In this document: positions 5,509-15,856 of the stretch, one piece after another | How the letters are laid out: each line of letters begins with the position of its first letter | Position numbering within the stretch: the first letter of the stretch is position 1 | Source of the DNA: a virus | IMG/VR virus record: IMGVR_UViG_3300002925_000022 | Span: 1-26,080 of that record | DNA length: 26,080 nucleotides | Reading direction: 5' to 3' (one strand) | The notes under the pieces: generated by a model | Told to the model about the DNA's origin: nothing | Seen by the model: only the letters and a program-made list of their open reading frames with translations | Databases searched by the model: none | Program-made: the position numbers and the translations under genes

Positions 5509-7880
5509 AAGTCCATTCGGACTTTGAACAGGAACTTATCACCAGTTCGAGAGACAATGGGCTGAGCTAAAACAGTCCTGGCAATGATATTGAGGTTGTC
5601 GTCATGCAGGTTGATGCCTGTGATGTAAACAAACCTTTGGTCTGTCTCGTTGGCGTTTGTCGAAGCGGAGACGGGGAGATAGTTGGGATTACTTGAAGAG
5701 AGGCTTGTTAGGGGTCTCTTGAACAGGTTGTAGGTTAGGATATGCGTATTTTGTTTCCCTGAGAACTGTATCTGAAATTGGTCTTTGCCAAAGAAGTACA
5801 GATGGGGATGCTTCAAAAGGATGATACCTTCATTGTAGAAGACATTTCCCACCGAAGCCCAATCTGGATGAGACCCTGAGGTATTGGCACGGAAGATGTT
5901 TCCCTCACCATCATCCCGTAGGGTCATTTCCATTTTCCCGGACGAACCGGTTAGATTGGTATCAGTGATCACCAATGATCCAGGAAGGATCTGGAGGCCA
6001 TAGTACAGGTTGGAAACGTCAAAAAAGACAACCTGATTTGATGAATTATCACCGGTCCTTTGAAGAATGGTATATCTTCCATGTTTGGAAGGAAGATCTC
6101 CCAGGAATTCTGGGCTTACCCCATTAAGAGCCCTTGCAAGGGCTCCAGAAGGCTCTTGAACGGGCGTTTGAAACAGTGTCAAGGGGAGGTAGTTACGGAG
6201 CGTTACGAAGCCTGGATGGGTGCTTCCGTTGTCTGCAACGAACTGTTTTGCCTTCACCTTGTGCGGTGCGAGAAAGCTTTGGGTAACAGACACAGGCAAC
6301 CCTGGGGCTGAGTAATCATCGGGACCAGGGATCATGAAGGTGAAGTTTGGCAAAAAGTTGCCATTATCGTTGGGTAGAATGGTGAGGTGCCGTTTGAGGT
6401 TGCTTCCCGTGGCATAAAGATAGCCATTGAAGCTTGTCGGGACAGTAGAGTTTACTGGGATTACAGAAGCAGTGAGGTTGAACAACCGGGCATATTTCCC
6501 TGTTGCAAAGTCCCTAACGAAGTTCTCCAGATTAAGGTAATGACCGTAACCGCCAAAAGCAGCTTCGACATTAATGGGAGCTGCTGTTGTTCCGTTGATT
6601 TCAAAGAATGGCGTTGCCACCACTCCACCGTGATTTCCAACAAAAGTCCTGTAAGGTGATTCTGTGGTGTAAAATGGTGGAAGGTAAAACTTCAATCGGT
6701 CGTGCAGCAATGAACTTCCAGAGATTGGCCCGTTAGTTTGGAGGAAGCCAATCTCTTCATTGCTAAGATAACGCCCATATATTTTCAGTTCATGAACTTC
6801 GGCATTTAGACCATGATCCAAGAGATAACCGGGAGGGTGATGTCCGACGTTATTAACGAGTTGGTCTAAGCCATCTCTTGGAGATACCTGGTTGGTGAAG
6901 AAGTAAGCAACCGCTTGCCCCTCAAAGAAATTTCCAATAAAAAGGCAATTCTCGTTATGGTAATCCGTCATGCTACTTGACGGGATCACAAAGGTACCTA
7001 CAGTTTTCCCGTCTACAACGAAAGAACCAGAACCTTGGTTATAAGCCGTTGTCCCCCAGCGGATGGATACATGGTGCCACCTGTTCCTTTCCAGAGAATT
7101 ATCTTCTGAGAAGAAGACAAGGTTATAGGGATAGCTTCCAGAGTAAGCTTGAGAAGGCTTGATCTCTGCGGAATGGCTCAACTGGAGGCATAGTCGGTAG
7201 CCATTTACTTTGCCATTGATATCTCTGGAAGATCCTGACAACAAGGAGATGGCATAAGAACTGGAACGATGGAACAAAGTTCCAGCCTTGAAGTCAGCTC
7301 CTTGGTAGTCATTGGTGTACCGTGGATTGATCCAGAAGTCAAAGGTAAAAGCACCAGTTACAGCGTACTGCTTGTTCTTATCAGCATAGATCAAAGCGGT
7401 ATCTGCCGGTAGCCCCGAACTTGTAAGGAAATTCAAACTGTGATAATTTGTGAAAGCGAAATGAGCTTCAGGGTATGCACTTCGGTAATAGGGCATAAGG
7501 TTGTTCATCACAACCTTCTTCCGAAGCGTATTTGAGCTGAAATGGGCAGAAGGTTCAAACCGAATAATCTCAACTGTCTGTTGCTTTCGCAGAGACATAG
7601 ATTGGGAGTTCACATTCTTGAGATAATCCTGGAGCATCCCTGACTTGTTAGAAGCAGAGCTCTGGACAATGGCATTCCGAATCCCATCCAAGTCTTGGTC
7701 AATAAAAGAACCGGAGAATATGGATAGAGGATGCACTTCTTTCTCAAAGGGGCTTCTTCGAGCAAAGACATGGAGTGTCCCACTTACGACACCTTGAGAA
7801 CTGGAACTAAAAGTCCTTGGCGGGGTCGTTGTAAGAGTAAAGGTCTCAATGTCATCAGGGTTGATCCTCTGGATTGCCAC
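5505..7880 (-). CDS. Virion structural protein with a LamG/ConA-like domain and a C-terminal tail-collar/baseplate-attachment-like motif (791 aa)
   Basis: LamG signature FTFDFWINP...WHHVSIRW...VDG...LFIG...ELKIYGRYLS. C-terminus YITGINLHDDNLNIIARTVLAQP...FKVRMDF. Confidence 0.75.
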   Translation of the reverse strand: MAIQRINPDDIETFTLTTTPPRTFSSSSQGVVSGTLHVFARRSPFEKEVHPLSIFSGSFIDQDLDGIRNAIVQSSASNKSGMLQDYLKNVNSQSMSLRKQQTVEIIRFEPSAHFSSNTLRKKVVMNNLMPYYRSAYPEAHFAFTNYHSLNFLTSSGLPADTALIYADKNKQYAVTGAFTFDFWINPRYTNDYQGADFKAGTLFHRSSSYAISLLSGSSRDINGKVNGYRLCLQLSHSAEIKPSQAYSGSYPYNLVFFSEDNSLERNRWHHVSIRWGTTAYNQGSGSFVVDGKTVGTFVIPSSSMTDYHNENCLFIGNFFEGQAVAYFFTNQVSPRDGLDQLVNNVGHHPPGYLLDHGLNAEVHELKIYGRYLSNEEIGFLQTNGPISGSSLLHDRLKFYLPPFYTTESPYRTFVGNHGGVVATPFFEINGTTAAPINVEAAFGGYGHYLNLENFVRDFATGKYARLFNLTASVIPVNSTVPTSFNGYLYATGSNLKRHLTILPNDNGNFLPNFTFMIPGPDDYSAPGLPVSVTQSFLAPHKVKAKQFVADNGSTHPGFVTLRNYLPLTLFQTPVQEPSGALARALNGVSPEFLGDLPSKHGRYTILQRTGDNSSNQVVFFDVSNLYYGLQILPGSLVITDTNLTGSSGKMEMTLRDDGEGNIFRANTSGSHPDWASVGNVFYNEGIILLKHPHLYFFGKDQFQIQFSGKQNTHILTYNLFKRPLTSLSSSNPNYLPVSASTNANETDQRFVYITGINLHDDNLNIIARTVLAQPIVSRTGDKFLFKVRMDF

Positions 7881-7909
7881 GCTTGATCCCCTTCTGGGTC
7901 AAACCCGAA

Positions 7910-9058
7910 TCAAAAATCCAATCTGACCTTAAAGGTGATGTCTCTCTCGTCATCCTTCAGAACAGGTCTGGAGAGCTTCGCCACGGCCAGAAGGTTATCC
8001 AGGGCATCATAAAGTCCAATTCCGGTTATGAACACAAAGCTTCTCTGGGATTCTTCCTGTCCCTCATCAATCACCACAATCCGGCTGTTCGCATCCGTAT
8101 ATGTCGGATTGCTGGAGTAGTTGAACTCATCAGCAGCAGCCCGACAGAAAAACAAGGTACTATTGATATTGGTGATGTTCTGGAAGGTTATCGCCGTCTG
8201 TGTGCTTCCAGAGAACCGAGTCGTGGCAATATGATCTATAATATTATCAATTGACGCCGAGACCAAGAACTGGTTCAAAGAACCTGTGAATGGCACCTTC
8301 CCAGAAAGACTGATGCCGTCAATCACACCTGTCATATAAGTTGTGGGTGTATTTTGAGCAGAGAACACTCGACTCATATCCAGGACGGCAACCCCTCGGT
8401 CAATGAACAAAAGCCCGACCTGTTGGTTAACATTGGCCGAGTTCAAAATTGCCGATACCTGACCGCCAAAGCTAAGATCTTTGTTAATGGACGAACTAAG
8501 GTCAGTGTAAATGGCCGCATTCGTTGCCTGCGCATTCAACAGAGTTCCAGTCCGAAATAGTTGGATAGCGAAGGTCTCCCTCTTGATTTGGTCACGGGCG
8601 AAGAGCCTCTTGAAGCAAATAAATAGAGCCTCATTGATGGCATTCGTCGTTGAACCTGAGGTAAAGCTAAACTGTTCGTTGGCATTTCCCAAAAGAGATC
8701 CGGCCATCTGCCGATAAATGTCAATCTTCTCTCGCATCATCAAGGACTGCGAAGGGAAGATGTACTTGCCATTTGAGTCAATCGTAGGAGATGCCCCTGA
8801 GACAACTACCGAGTTAACATGCAGACCGACTGTCATGTCAAAAACAGGATTGGCCGTCTGAAGAGAGAAATCCTGGTCAAAAACAGTCTGGAAAAGAGAA
8901 CTGGTAACCCCTGGCCCCAAACCACCCGTCACGAATACTTGATATTTCCGTCGAGTGACAGACCCCGAAATATCCTCTTGGATAATATCAACCAACTGGT
9001 TGAGGAAAGACCGAGAGGTCTTGATGTCTTCAGCTCCAAATTCCTTAAAGGTTGCCAT
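7910..9058 (-). CDS. Putative baseplate/tail structural protein (382 aa)
   Basis: C-terminus FNYSSNPTY...FITGIGLYDALDNLLAVAKLSRP...FKVRLDF is paralogous to the adjacent gene and resembles the P2 gpH-like E-I-G-L-Y-D...L-I-A-V-A motif. Confidence 0.75.
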   Translation of the reverse strand: MATFKEFGAEDIKTSRSFLNQLVDIIQEDISGSVTRRKYQVFVTGGLGPGVTSSLFQTVFDQDFSLQTANPVFDMTVGLHVNSVVVSGASPTIDSNGKYIFPSQSLMMREKIDIYRQMAGSLLGNANEQFSFTSGSTTNAINEALFICFKRLFARDQIKRETFAIQLFRTGTLLNAQATNAAIYTDLSSSINKDLSFGGQVSAILNSANVNQQVGLLFIDRGVAVLDMSRVFSAQNTPTTYMTGVIDGISLSGKVPFTGSLNQFLVSASIDNIIDHIATTRFSGSTQTAITFQNITNINSTLFFCRAAADEFNYSSNPTYTDANSRIVVIDEGQEESQRSFVFITGIGLYDALDNLLAVAKLSRPVLKDDERDITFKVRLDF

Positions 9059-9110
9059 CGTTTAGTTATTCCTTAGGTTTTGGGTTGCTACCGAGGTATT
9101 TCCATCCTCT

Positions 9111-9117
9111 ATAAGTA
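9111..9117 (-). promoter_or_regulatory. Putative late promoter TACTTAT
   Basis: Intergenic and upstream of 7910..9058; the same 7-mer occurs at 19466-19472. Confidence 0.5.
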
Positions 9118-9239
9118 CCCGTTTCATTCTTTTCTCAGGAGATTGCTAATTTGGTAAGACTGCATGCCTTGTTCTTTGCGCCATTCGCCTGGAATGTTCA
9201 CTAAAGAAAGGCCTTACCGTTCTTAGTACCCAATTTCTG

Positions 9240-9959
9240 TTATCCCAGTTTGTTAATTTGGACTTCAAATTCCTTGACGGCTCCAGACTGAACGCCTGAA
9301 ATTCGGACAAACGTGGAAATCAGGTTCTTATTGAACTTGGCTCCGTAAATCTGGAACTGAGCTTCGGTAATAGCCTTCACGCCAATTGTGAAGGTTACTT
9401 GAGAACCACCCACAGAGTTCTCCGTCGTATCGCGGGATAAAATATATGTGGCCCTTTGTTGCACGTCGATATTGTCAGCCGCCCTGGAAAGTACTTGGAT
9501 AAACTTGTTGTCCACATCCAGGATGAAAGCCTGATCCCGCAGTTCCACGTCAATCGTAGTTTCCCCGCCACCAATAGCCTGCTGTACGGTGATTTGACGG
9601 GTCTTGTTAGTGGTGGTGCCAATAGATACGGTGTTGTTAACAGAGTCAATTCCAAGCCCACCAGCCAAGGTCAGGTTGGGAAGTCGAATCAGATTGGGAT
9701 TTGAAAGAGAGATACACCGGTTCTTCAGGGCATATGCACCGTTGGTAAGAGCCTCAAACACGGGTGTATTCTTCTCAATCTTTTCCTTACCGACCGTTCG
9801 GCCAAACTGCTTGATGATTGTGTAATCTACCTCGTCATCCCCAGGAGCCCACTTGATAATAGAAAAACTACCATCATTGCGAGCCAATAGTTGTCTGCCC
9901 GTATCTGTCAGGGCGGCATCCAGGATGATATTGTTTGTGTCTTGTTGCAGAAACCCCAT
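9240..9959 (-). CDS. Putative baseplate/tail structural protein (239 aa)
   Basis: N-terminus MGFL...ILDAALTDTGRQLLARNDGSFSIIKWAPGDDEVDY resembles the N-terminal half of the tail-collar domain. AAGGTG SD. Confidence 0.75.
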   Translation of the reverse strand: MGFLQQDTNNIILDAALTDTGRQLLARNDGSFSIIKWAPGDDEVDYTIIKQFGRTVGKEKIEKNTPVFEALTNGAYALKNRCISLSNPNLIRLPNLTLAGGLGIDSVNNTVSIGTTTNKTRQITVQQAIGGGETTIDVELRDQAFILDVDNKFIQVLSRAADNIDVQQRATYILSRDTTENSVGGSQVTFTIGVKAITEAQFQIYGAKFNKNLISTFVRISGVQSGAVKEFEVQINKLG

Positions 9960-9995
9960 TGTTCACCTTGTTGCAGCCTTGCTGCTCTTTGCTAA

Positions 9996-11834
9996 TTAGA
10001 AAGGTTTCCCTGTTCTCACACCTGGAAGTGGATTTGAAACCGTAGACGTGTCGGACAAGTTCGTTGTTTTGGCCAAACTCGTTATCCTTGAATCTTGCAA
10101 GGTGATATCCACGCTTGCTTGAGCCTGAAGGTCAATGTTGATAACCTGAAGACGGTACTTCCCATTGACTCTATTCGTCTTTAGTAATCCAAGGTCGGCT
10201 CCAAGTCCATTCAACAATGTCAAGTATTCCGGGTTGAAAACCACACGTATATTTGTGTGACCCGAATCTTTCATTGTATCCACGAACGTATCAGCGTTCA
10301 AGTAGGCGTTCGGATATTGTTTGGGGGCTCCAGAAACAGAGATAAGCTTTTTGACCAGTTTATTGGTAAAACGGTTGAAAGAAGCCTGTAACTGCAAGGA
10401 GTAATTTGAGGTTAGCCCGTGGGCATCAATAGCAGCCACGGCATAGATGTAGCTAGAGTCCTTTCCGAACTCATGGTCCATGTAGAAGCCAATAAAGCTT
10501 GGAACCCTTTCCACTAGTTCGGGGAGCGGATACTCGCTCAAGGAAACTCTTGTATGAGTATCATTGAAATCCCACATTTTGATAAGTTGAAAAGGATCGG
10601 CTATGCTTTTCCGACGAAATAGCTGGATGTACTTGATGTCTTGCTGTGGATTGACAGGCAGATTCCAGGTACAGCGGAGTGCTCTTTCCCCGTAATCCCA
10701 AGCCACGTTAAAATCTGCTGGTGGTGGTGGGGGCACCATTTCCACCGTGTTTACCCTGATCTCTGGAGTGAACTTGCTTCCAACTAGAAAAGAAACCAGA
10801 AGATTCTGTTTGGACTTTACGTCCACAGCTCTAGCTTCAACCAGATACACGGCTCGAATACGGTAAAAATAAGAAGAGTTATAGCGAACCTGACCGTCAT
10901 AGGTAACAGCGGTCCTGGGATCCTCAATCACAATCTGAGGGTGAACCTCAGTTGACCCATCCGACTTTATCTCTTTCTTTTCAATGAGATAGCCAAGACT
11001 GTGAACCACCGGTGCATAGCCATTAGTGTCTGCTGGCCTGTAGCCAATGTAGGACAACACTTCAAAATCATAATCCAGAGGAGACATCAGGTTCGAGTTG
11101 GCATTTGTTATTGCCGTATCCTGGATGTGCTGGATATCCTTAAGAAATGTTTCTGCCCCGAGTTCATCAGCAAAAATTCCAGCAGAATCCTCCCTGACGG
11201 TATTTGCCACTGGAACCAAAAGACGATTATTGATCCTGGCATTTAGAACCACCTTCTCAATTCGTTCGGTGATTACCTCTACCGCCTCCTGTTGATTTGA
11301 GAAAGTCACACCTTGACGAGTCAAGTCAGAGATTACTTCCGCTAGGAATTGAGCACTTACTTGGTCGGACGTATTCTTGTTCACCAACCGAACAAGTTCG
11401 TTAGCGGACTGAAAATTGTTGAAATCTGGCAGAAGTTTTGCCAGTTGGTCCACGAAAAACTTCAGTCTTAGGTCAGCTCCAGTATCTTGAAACTGGAACG
11501 TGGCATAATCATTGCTTGTGAACGTTTCCTCGGAATGGAGTTTCTCTAGATTGGCTCGGATTGAAACACTTCCTCTGTCGAGGTTGTTATCGGCATTCAG
11601 GACAATAGGCTTCCATTGGAGTTTGACCAATCTTGGAAGCCTGCGAGTCCTGGAGACATAGGAGGCATCAAAGGTTTCAGAAGGAAGCTGCTTCTCGGAT
11701 GCTTTTGAAGAACCAAGCCCATTTTCAAATTCATCAGCAGTCCAGTAAAAATACTGGAATTCACCCGAGAAGGACTCGATTTCGGGAACGTCCAGGATAG
11801 CGGCATTCTTAGAAGGTAGTGATTCTATTCCCAT
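9996..11834 (-). CDS. Structural protein with FN3-like domains (612 aa)
   Basis: YFYRIRAVY, PPPPADFNVAW...TWNLP and YIYAVAAIDAHGLTSNYS segments. Coupled to the upstream gene through TAATG. Confidence 0.7.
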   Translation of the reverse strand: MGIESLPSKNAAILDVPEIESFSGEFQYFYWTADEFENGLGSSKASEKQLPSETFDASYVSRTRRLPRLVKLQWKPIVLNADNNLDRGSVSIRANLEKLHSEETFTSNDYATFQFQDTGADLRLKFFVDQLAKLLPDFNNFQSANELVRLVNKNTSDQVSAQFLAEVISDLTRQGVTFSNQQEAVEVITERIEKVVLNARINNRLLVPVANTVREDSAGIFADELGAETFLKDIQHIQDTAITNANSNLMSPLDYDFEVLSYIGYRPADTNGYAPVVHSLGYLIEKKEIKSDGSTEVHPQIVIEDPRTAVTYDGQVRYNSSYFYRIRAVYLVEARAVDVKSKQNLLVSFLVGSKFTPEIRVNTVEMVPPPPPADFNVAWDYGERALRCTWNLPVNPQQDIKYIQLFRRKSIADPFQLIKMWDFNDTHTRVSLSEYPLPELVERVPSFIGFYMDHEFGKDSSYIYAVAAIDAHGLTSNYSLQLQASFNRFTNKLVKKLISVSGAPKQYPNAYLNADTFVDTMKDSGHTNIRVVFNPEYLTLLNGLGADLGLLKTNRVNGKYRLQVINIDLQAQASVDITLQDSRITSLAKTTNLSDTSTVSNPLPGVRTGKPF

Positions 11835-14800
11835 TACTCCACCAGTTCAATTGTCACGAAGTAGTCCTCAAAAATCACATCCTTATTTGTCCTTGGAACC
11901 AGCTTGTAGACCCCATCTGCCAAGGCTTTCTTGTCCAACTTTTCCTGGAAGAAGCTCTTCTCGAAAAATTCTCGACCGCTTTCAGTTGCCGTGGTTTCTT
12001 TGTAGTCAATCTCAAAGTCGTCTACGTTCAGCGGAATCGTAAAAACTCGTTCAAACACCTTTGGCGAAAGAATAGAAGCCATGGCATTTTCGGGCTTGAA
12101 AGCGATATTCCCAAAGGTCAAGAGTCTTAGAACATCCTTGGTGCTCTGATCCACTTGTGGACTGAGAAGCATCTGTTTGATTGGAATGTCTGGCAGAGGA
12201 GACAAAGAAGGATTATCTCGCATGTCGTTCGTGCGCTTAGCAATAAGGTACTTTCGGACCAACTCAGAGAATTGCGGTGACAAGTCTGTTCCATTTCCAA
12301 CGGACAACCTCTGGTAAGTTTGACTTTGTTGGTTGACAAAGGTAGTCTCGGTAAACTTCATGGAAGTGAGAAATTGCATGTAAGAAGCAAATAGGTCACT
12401 CAAAACATGGTTTTCAACGATAGCCCTCCTAAGAACAGGATCGGCAATGAAACTATACCGTTCACTGTTCACCACCTCTTCCAACGTGACCACTGTTGGA
12501 CTTGAAAAATTCTGATAGTCCAACAGTTTAATTCTTTGAAGCACTCGGTCGAAGTTCTCATTTGGCCGTATTTTCAAGTTCTTGTAACCGTTTGAAAACA
12601 GCGAGAGGTCAAAAATATATTTCCTGGGCTTGAAAATAAGCTGAGGGTACTCAAGGCTTCTCTTGTAAACATTTACTGTGATAACATCAAATTCTTTGTT
12701 GCGAAGGAATGTCGTCGAGACTATGTTGTCACCGTTGATCCGTTCAACTAAGTTCTTGCTGAACCCTGCGGGGATCCCAATGGTAAGAATCCTATAGCGG
12801 AAAGCAGCATTGTTCGTCTCCCGGAAGCTATCGCTTCCAAGCAAACTTAACAAGGCCCCACGAGTATCTGCGTCCGTTGGAGACGTTGGAATGAACTGCA
12901 ACCCCTGAGTGTTTGGTGTCAGTTGACGAACGTACTCGTCTCTCTGACGAAGCATGAGTCTCACTTGAGCAATACTCAAGTTTTGCCCAATATCCTGAAT
13001 ACTTGTGGCATTCAGAGAAGATAGGCTGTCCAAGGTCTGCTGAGTGAAGTAGTTGTTTGCCAAGTCCAGAGCGCTTCTCAGCCTCTTCTTGATCACTTGC
13101 AGAATGTGCATGACGCAAGCCAAGGCAAAATCCTCCTGGAACAACTTGTGCGAGATGGAGTTGAGGCTAGCCTCAATCGCATGGGCATCCAGCAAGTTCT
13201 GAGGGTTGACAACAGGCGACACATTTCTCAGAGCCAAGGAAGCAGCGTCGGCGAACTTGGAACCGGCCGTAGCGTACACCCCAGCTAGAATGGCTTGGTT
13301 ATTAGCGATTCCTGTTTGTACTGCTCCAGGTGATATTCCCATTAGGGCTGCCGTTTTAGCAGCTTGGCCAACCACATGCTGGATTGCCACGGCGTTATGA
13401 CTTTGTGCCATCCTCTGGGTCAAGGCTGTTTTTGTGGCTGTTTTTGCCTTGCTGTTCGTCCCGGGGTCTGTTTCAATAATCGGAAGAGGCGGTTGAACTT
13501 CTGCCATCACACTCTGGATGGAGTTGTAGTTTCTGGCATTGAAGTTGGTATCCACCACCATATCGGGGAAATTCTCCCCATAGGTTGAAGCTTGAAAATC
13601 ACAGCTAATGTACCGAGAGACAATCTGGGTAAATGCCTCAAAAGCCAGAAGAACCAAGGTGGAACACGACAGACTGTTATACCGAGTCCTCCTGGCAGCA
13701 TCCATGATGCTGTTGACTTCGTTCCCCAAGATGGAATCCAGCTTGGTGAAAAAATTGACGAATTGGCTGATAAGTACAGATTGTTGTAACCCAGCCGGAA
13801 TGCCGTAGACGGTATCTACGTCGTAACCAACGACAAACAGCCCATTGGCTGGGTCCGATCTTCGATCCCTTGACTGAGCATTGGAACCATTCCCGGTAAG
13901 ACTGCGATGGTTTACCAGTTCTACAATCCGGTTCTGAATGGTTTGAACCAAGGACGTGATGTAGGAAAAAAGTTCTCGCTGGTTATACAAGTTAGGCAAT
14001 TTGAAGGCGGCCTTGAAAGGCACACCATCCAGGTTACGAATATCCCGATTTAGGTCTTCAATGATGTTTAGAACGAAGAAGGTCGTTCTAGTCGTAGTCG
14101 TTCCTGTGTCTGAAGCTATAATCCGCAGGAGAATGTACTGAAACAGTAGAGCTTTCAGTCGAGGGTCGTTGGCAGCAAGCCTAAAGGCGGCTGCGGCTGT
14201 TGCTTCGGCTATGCTCAATCCAAGTCCTTGTCTCTGGTTGTTAGCAATGAGGAAGCGAAGCCCATGTTCTACAGGTTCGAGAATGAGCTTAAATATGCTA
14301 ACTGGGCTGATAGGAGAAGGTTCATCGCTATAGTCAAAAATGGAACTGACGACAGCTGTAGCGTTGTCAATCGTCTCCACGTACTTCGAAACATAGCTTC
14401 TCAATGGTTCCAGGTTAAAACTGCTAAGGTTCTCCACATTTAGGATGGAGTCCACAAAGAACACACTGCCTGGAATGTATGTCTTCCTGGTGTTGTTGTT
14501 CGTATCGATATGTTTAGTTTCAAACGGAAGAACGGCGGAATTATCGGTATTGTTAACAACCGTAAGGCCTGCAATGGAACCAGGTCCAGTTACCGGATCA
14601 AAGATACTGTTGCCAACACCCCCAAAGATATTGTCAAATGGTGAACCGTCCGTCTTTGTTGCGTTGAACTTTTGCCGCAGGTTGTTCTGGACTGTTGAGT
14701 TGCCAAGACCCCTGGATACACGAAGTTCTTTGGAAAGCATGTTCACCAGAAGCTTGATCCGGTCATCTGGTACTTGAGGCAGTGAAGAGTTGAACCGGTT

Positions 14801-15853
14801 GAAGAAGCCTTGTTCAGCAGCATTTTGCGGCTGACTAAAAGAACGGATTGTGTCGTAGGTAAAGCTGAATCCAGCACGAGTATTATAGGACTTGTCAATT
14901 GACACTGGACTAGTAACAGCAGTTCCACCAGCTTGGCGATCTGGATCTGTCAGGTTCAAAAGATTCATAGAGTACCCTTCAGCGATACTCCTGGCATCAA
15001 AAAGGAGTTGCATTAGGATCTTGGTCCCTGAGAACTGATTGAAGACATCAGCTGGGAACATCATGAACGTCTGATAGAAGTCCCTGAGCGTCCGGTAGTT
15101 TCGTAGGTCGAAGTTGTTCGAAGGAATGCCCTTTACATCGAATCCGTTTTTTACGGTTTCAATCGTCTGGATCGTGTTCTTGTAGAAGTCAGCAGCAGCA
15201 TTGACACGCTGGAAACTGTTTGCAAAAGACGTCTGGAGGTTCTGAAGTTCATTTCTTTGGTCGGTTTGCTGAATACCTGCCATAAGCTGAAAGAAGGTTT
15301 GTTCTCGCAGGTGCCGGGCTTGGTACTGGACATCCATCAACAACCCAACCTCGTTGAGGTTCAGGGTGGTGCCGTAATACACAGGTTCGAAATCCATCAA
15401 AGAGATGATTTCAGGACGGAGCACGCTGATTCCATGGGGGGTTGCTTGTTCAAAGGCCCCATTGGAAAAATTCAGTCGAGAGAGCGAGAGCGCCTCTTCG
15501 TTTGGCCTTCTTTGATTCAACAGATCGGCCACGTTAATGCGAATGGGAATATTTCCGGCAATCGGACGAAATTGAATGGTGTTTAGAGCTTTTGGGATGA
15601 CATTCTGTACAGCCCTGGAGATGTTCCCCGTTATGACATCGTTCACTGCTATAGGTAAGCGCGGAACCGTGCCTGCTTTAATGGCAGCAGCCACGGTTGG
15701 AGGAGCAATAGCGGCAGCAATAGGAGATACAGTCCGTGGGACAGGGAAGGCTGCTGGTGCCACAAATGGAATTGGCTGAGTGGCAAGGCCCCCTAGCTGG
15801 AGAGTACCGCCACGAACACCAATGCCTGTTGTGTTGGTCGTTTTTATTGCCAT
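11834..15853 (-). CDS. Large hypothetical virion protein, mostly helical (1339 aa)
   Basis: Long ORF in the structural block, with a Pro/Ala-rich N-terminus and an internal Ala-rich segment. Confidence 0.8.
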   Translation of the reverse strand: MAIKTTNTTGIGVRGGTLQLGGLATQPIPFVAPAAFPVPRTVSPIAAAIAPPTVAAAIKAGTVPRLPIAVNDVITGNISRAVQNVIPKALNTIQFRPIAGNIPIRINVADLLNQRRPNEEALSLSRLNFSNGAFEQATPHGISVLRPEIISLMDFEPVYYGTTLNLNEVGLLMDVQYQARHLREQTFFQLMAGIQQTDQRNELQNLQTSFANSFQRVNAAADFYKNTIQTIETVKNGFDVKGIPSNNFDLRNYRTLRDFYQTFMMFPADVFNQFSGTKILMQLLFDARSIAEGYSMNLLNLTDPDRQAGGTAVTSPVSIDKSYNTRAGFSFTYDTIRSFSQPQNAAEQGFFNRFNSSLPQVPDDRIKLLVNMLSKELRVSRGLGNSTVQNNLRQKFNATKTDGSPFDNIFGGVGNSIFDPVTGPGSIAGLTVVNNTDNSAVLPFETKHIDTNNNTRKTYIPGSVFFVDSILNVENLSSFNLEPLRSYVSKYVETIDNATAVVSSIFDYSDEPSPISPVSIFKLILEPVEHGLRFLIANNQRQGLGLSIAEATAAAAFRLAANDPRLKALLFQYILLRIIASDTGTTTTRTTFFVLNIIEDLNRDIRNLDGVPFKAAFKLPNLYNQRELFSYITSLVQTIQNRIVELVNHRSLTGNGSNAQSRDRRSDPANGLFVVGYDVDTVYGIPAGLQQSVLISQFVNFFTKLDSILGNEVNSIMDAARRTRYNSLSCSTLVLLAFEAFTQIVSRYISCDFQASTYGENFPDMVVDTNFNARNYNSIQSVMAEVQPPLPIIETDPGTNSKAKTATKTALTQRMAQSHNAVAIQHVVGQAAKTAALMGISPGAVQTGIANNQAILAGVYATAGSKFADAASLALRNVSPVVNPQNLLDAHAIEASLNSISHKLFQEDFALACVMHILQVIKKRLRSALDLANNYFTQQTLDSLSSLNATSIQDIGQNLSIAQVRLMLRQRDEYVRQLTPNTQGLQFIPTSPTDADTRGALLSLLGSDSFRETNNAAFRYRILTIGIPAGFSKNLVERINGDNIVSTTFLRNKEFDVITVNVYKRSLEYPQLIFKPRKYIFDLSLFSNGYKNLKIRPNENFDRVLQRIKLLDYQNFSSPTVVTLEEVVNSERYSFIADPVLRRAIVENHVLSDLFASYMQFLTSMKFTETTFVNQQSQTYQRLSVGNGTDLSPQFSELVRKYLIAKRTNDMRDNPSLSPLPDIPIKQMLLSPQVDQSTKDVLRLLTFGNIAFKPENAMASILSPKVFERVFTIPLNVDDFEIDYKETTATESGREFFEKSFFQEKLDKKALADGVYKLVPRTNKDVIFEDYFVTIELVE

Positions 15854-15856
15854 GGG

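Noticed and set aside
11834-15853. 1339-aa protein as a tape measure protein
   Set aside because: Only a short Ala-rich segment is present, with no periodic aromatic repeats or upstream chaperone frameshift pair, so it was left as hypothetical.
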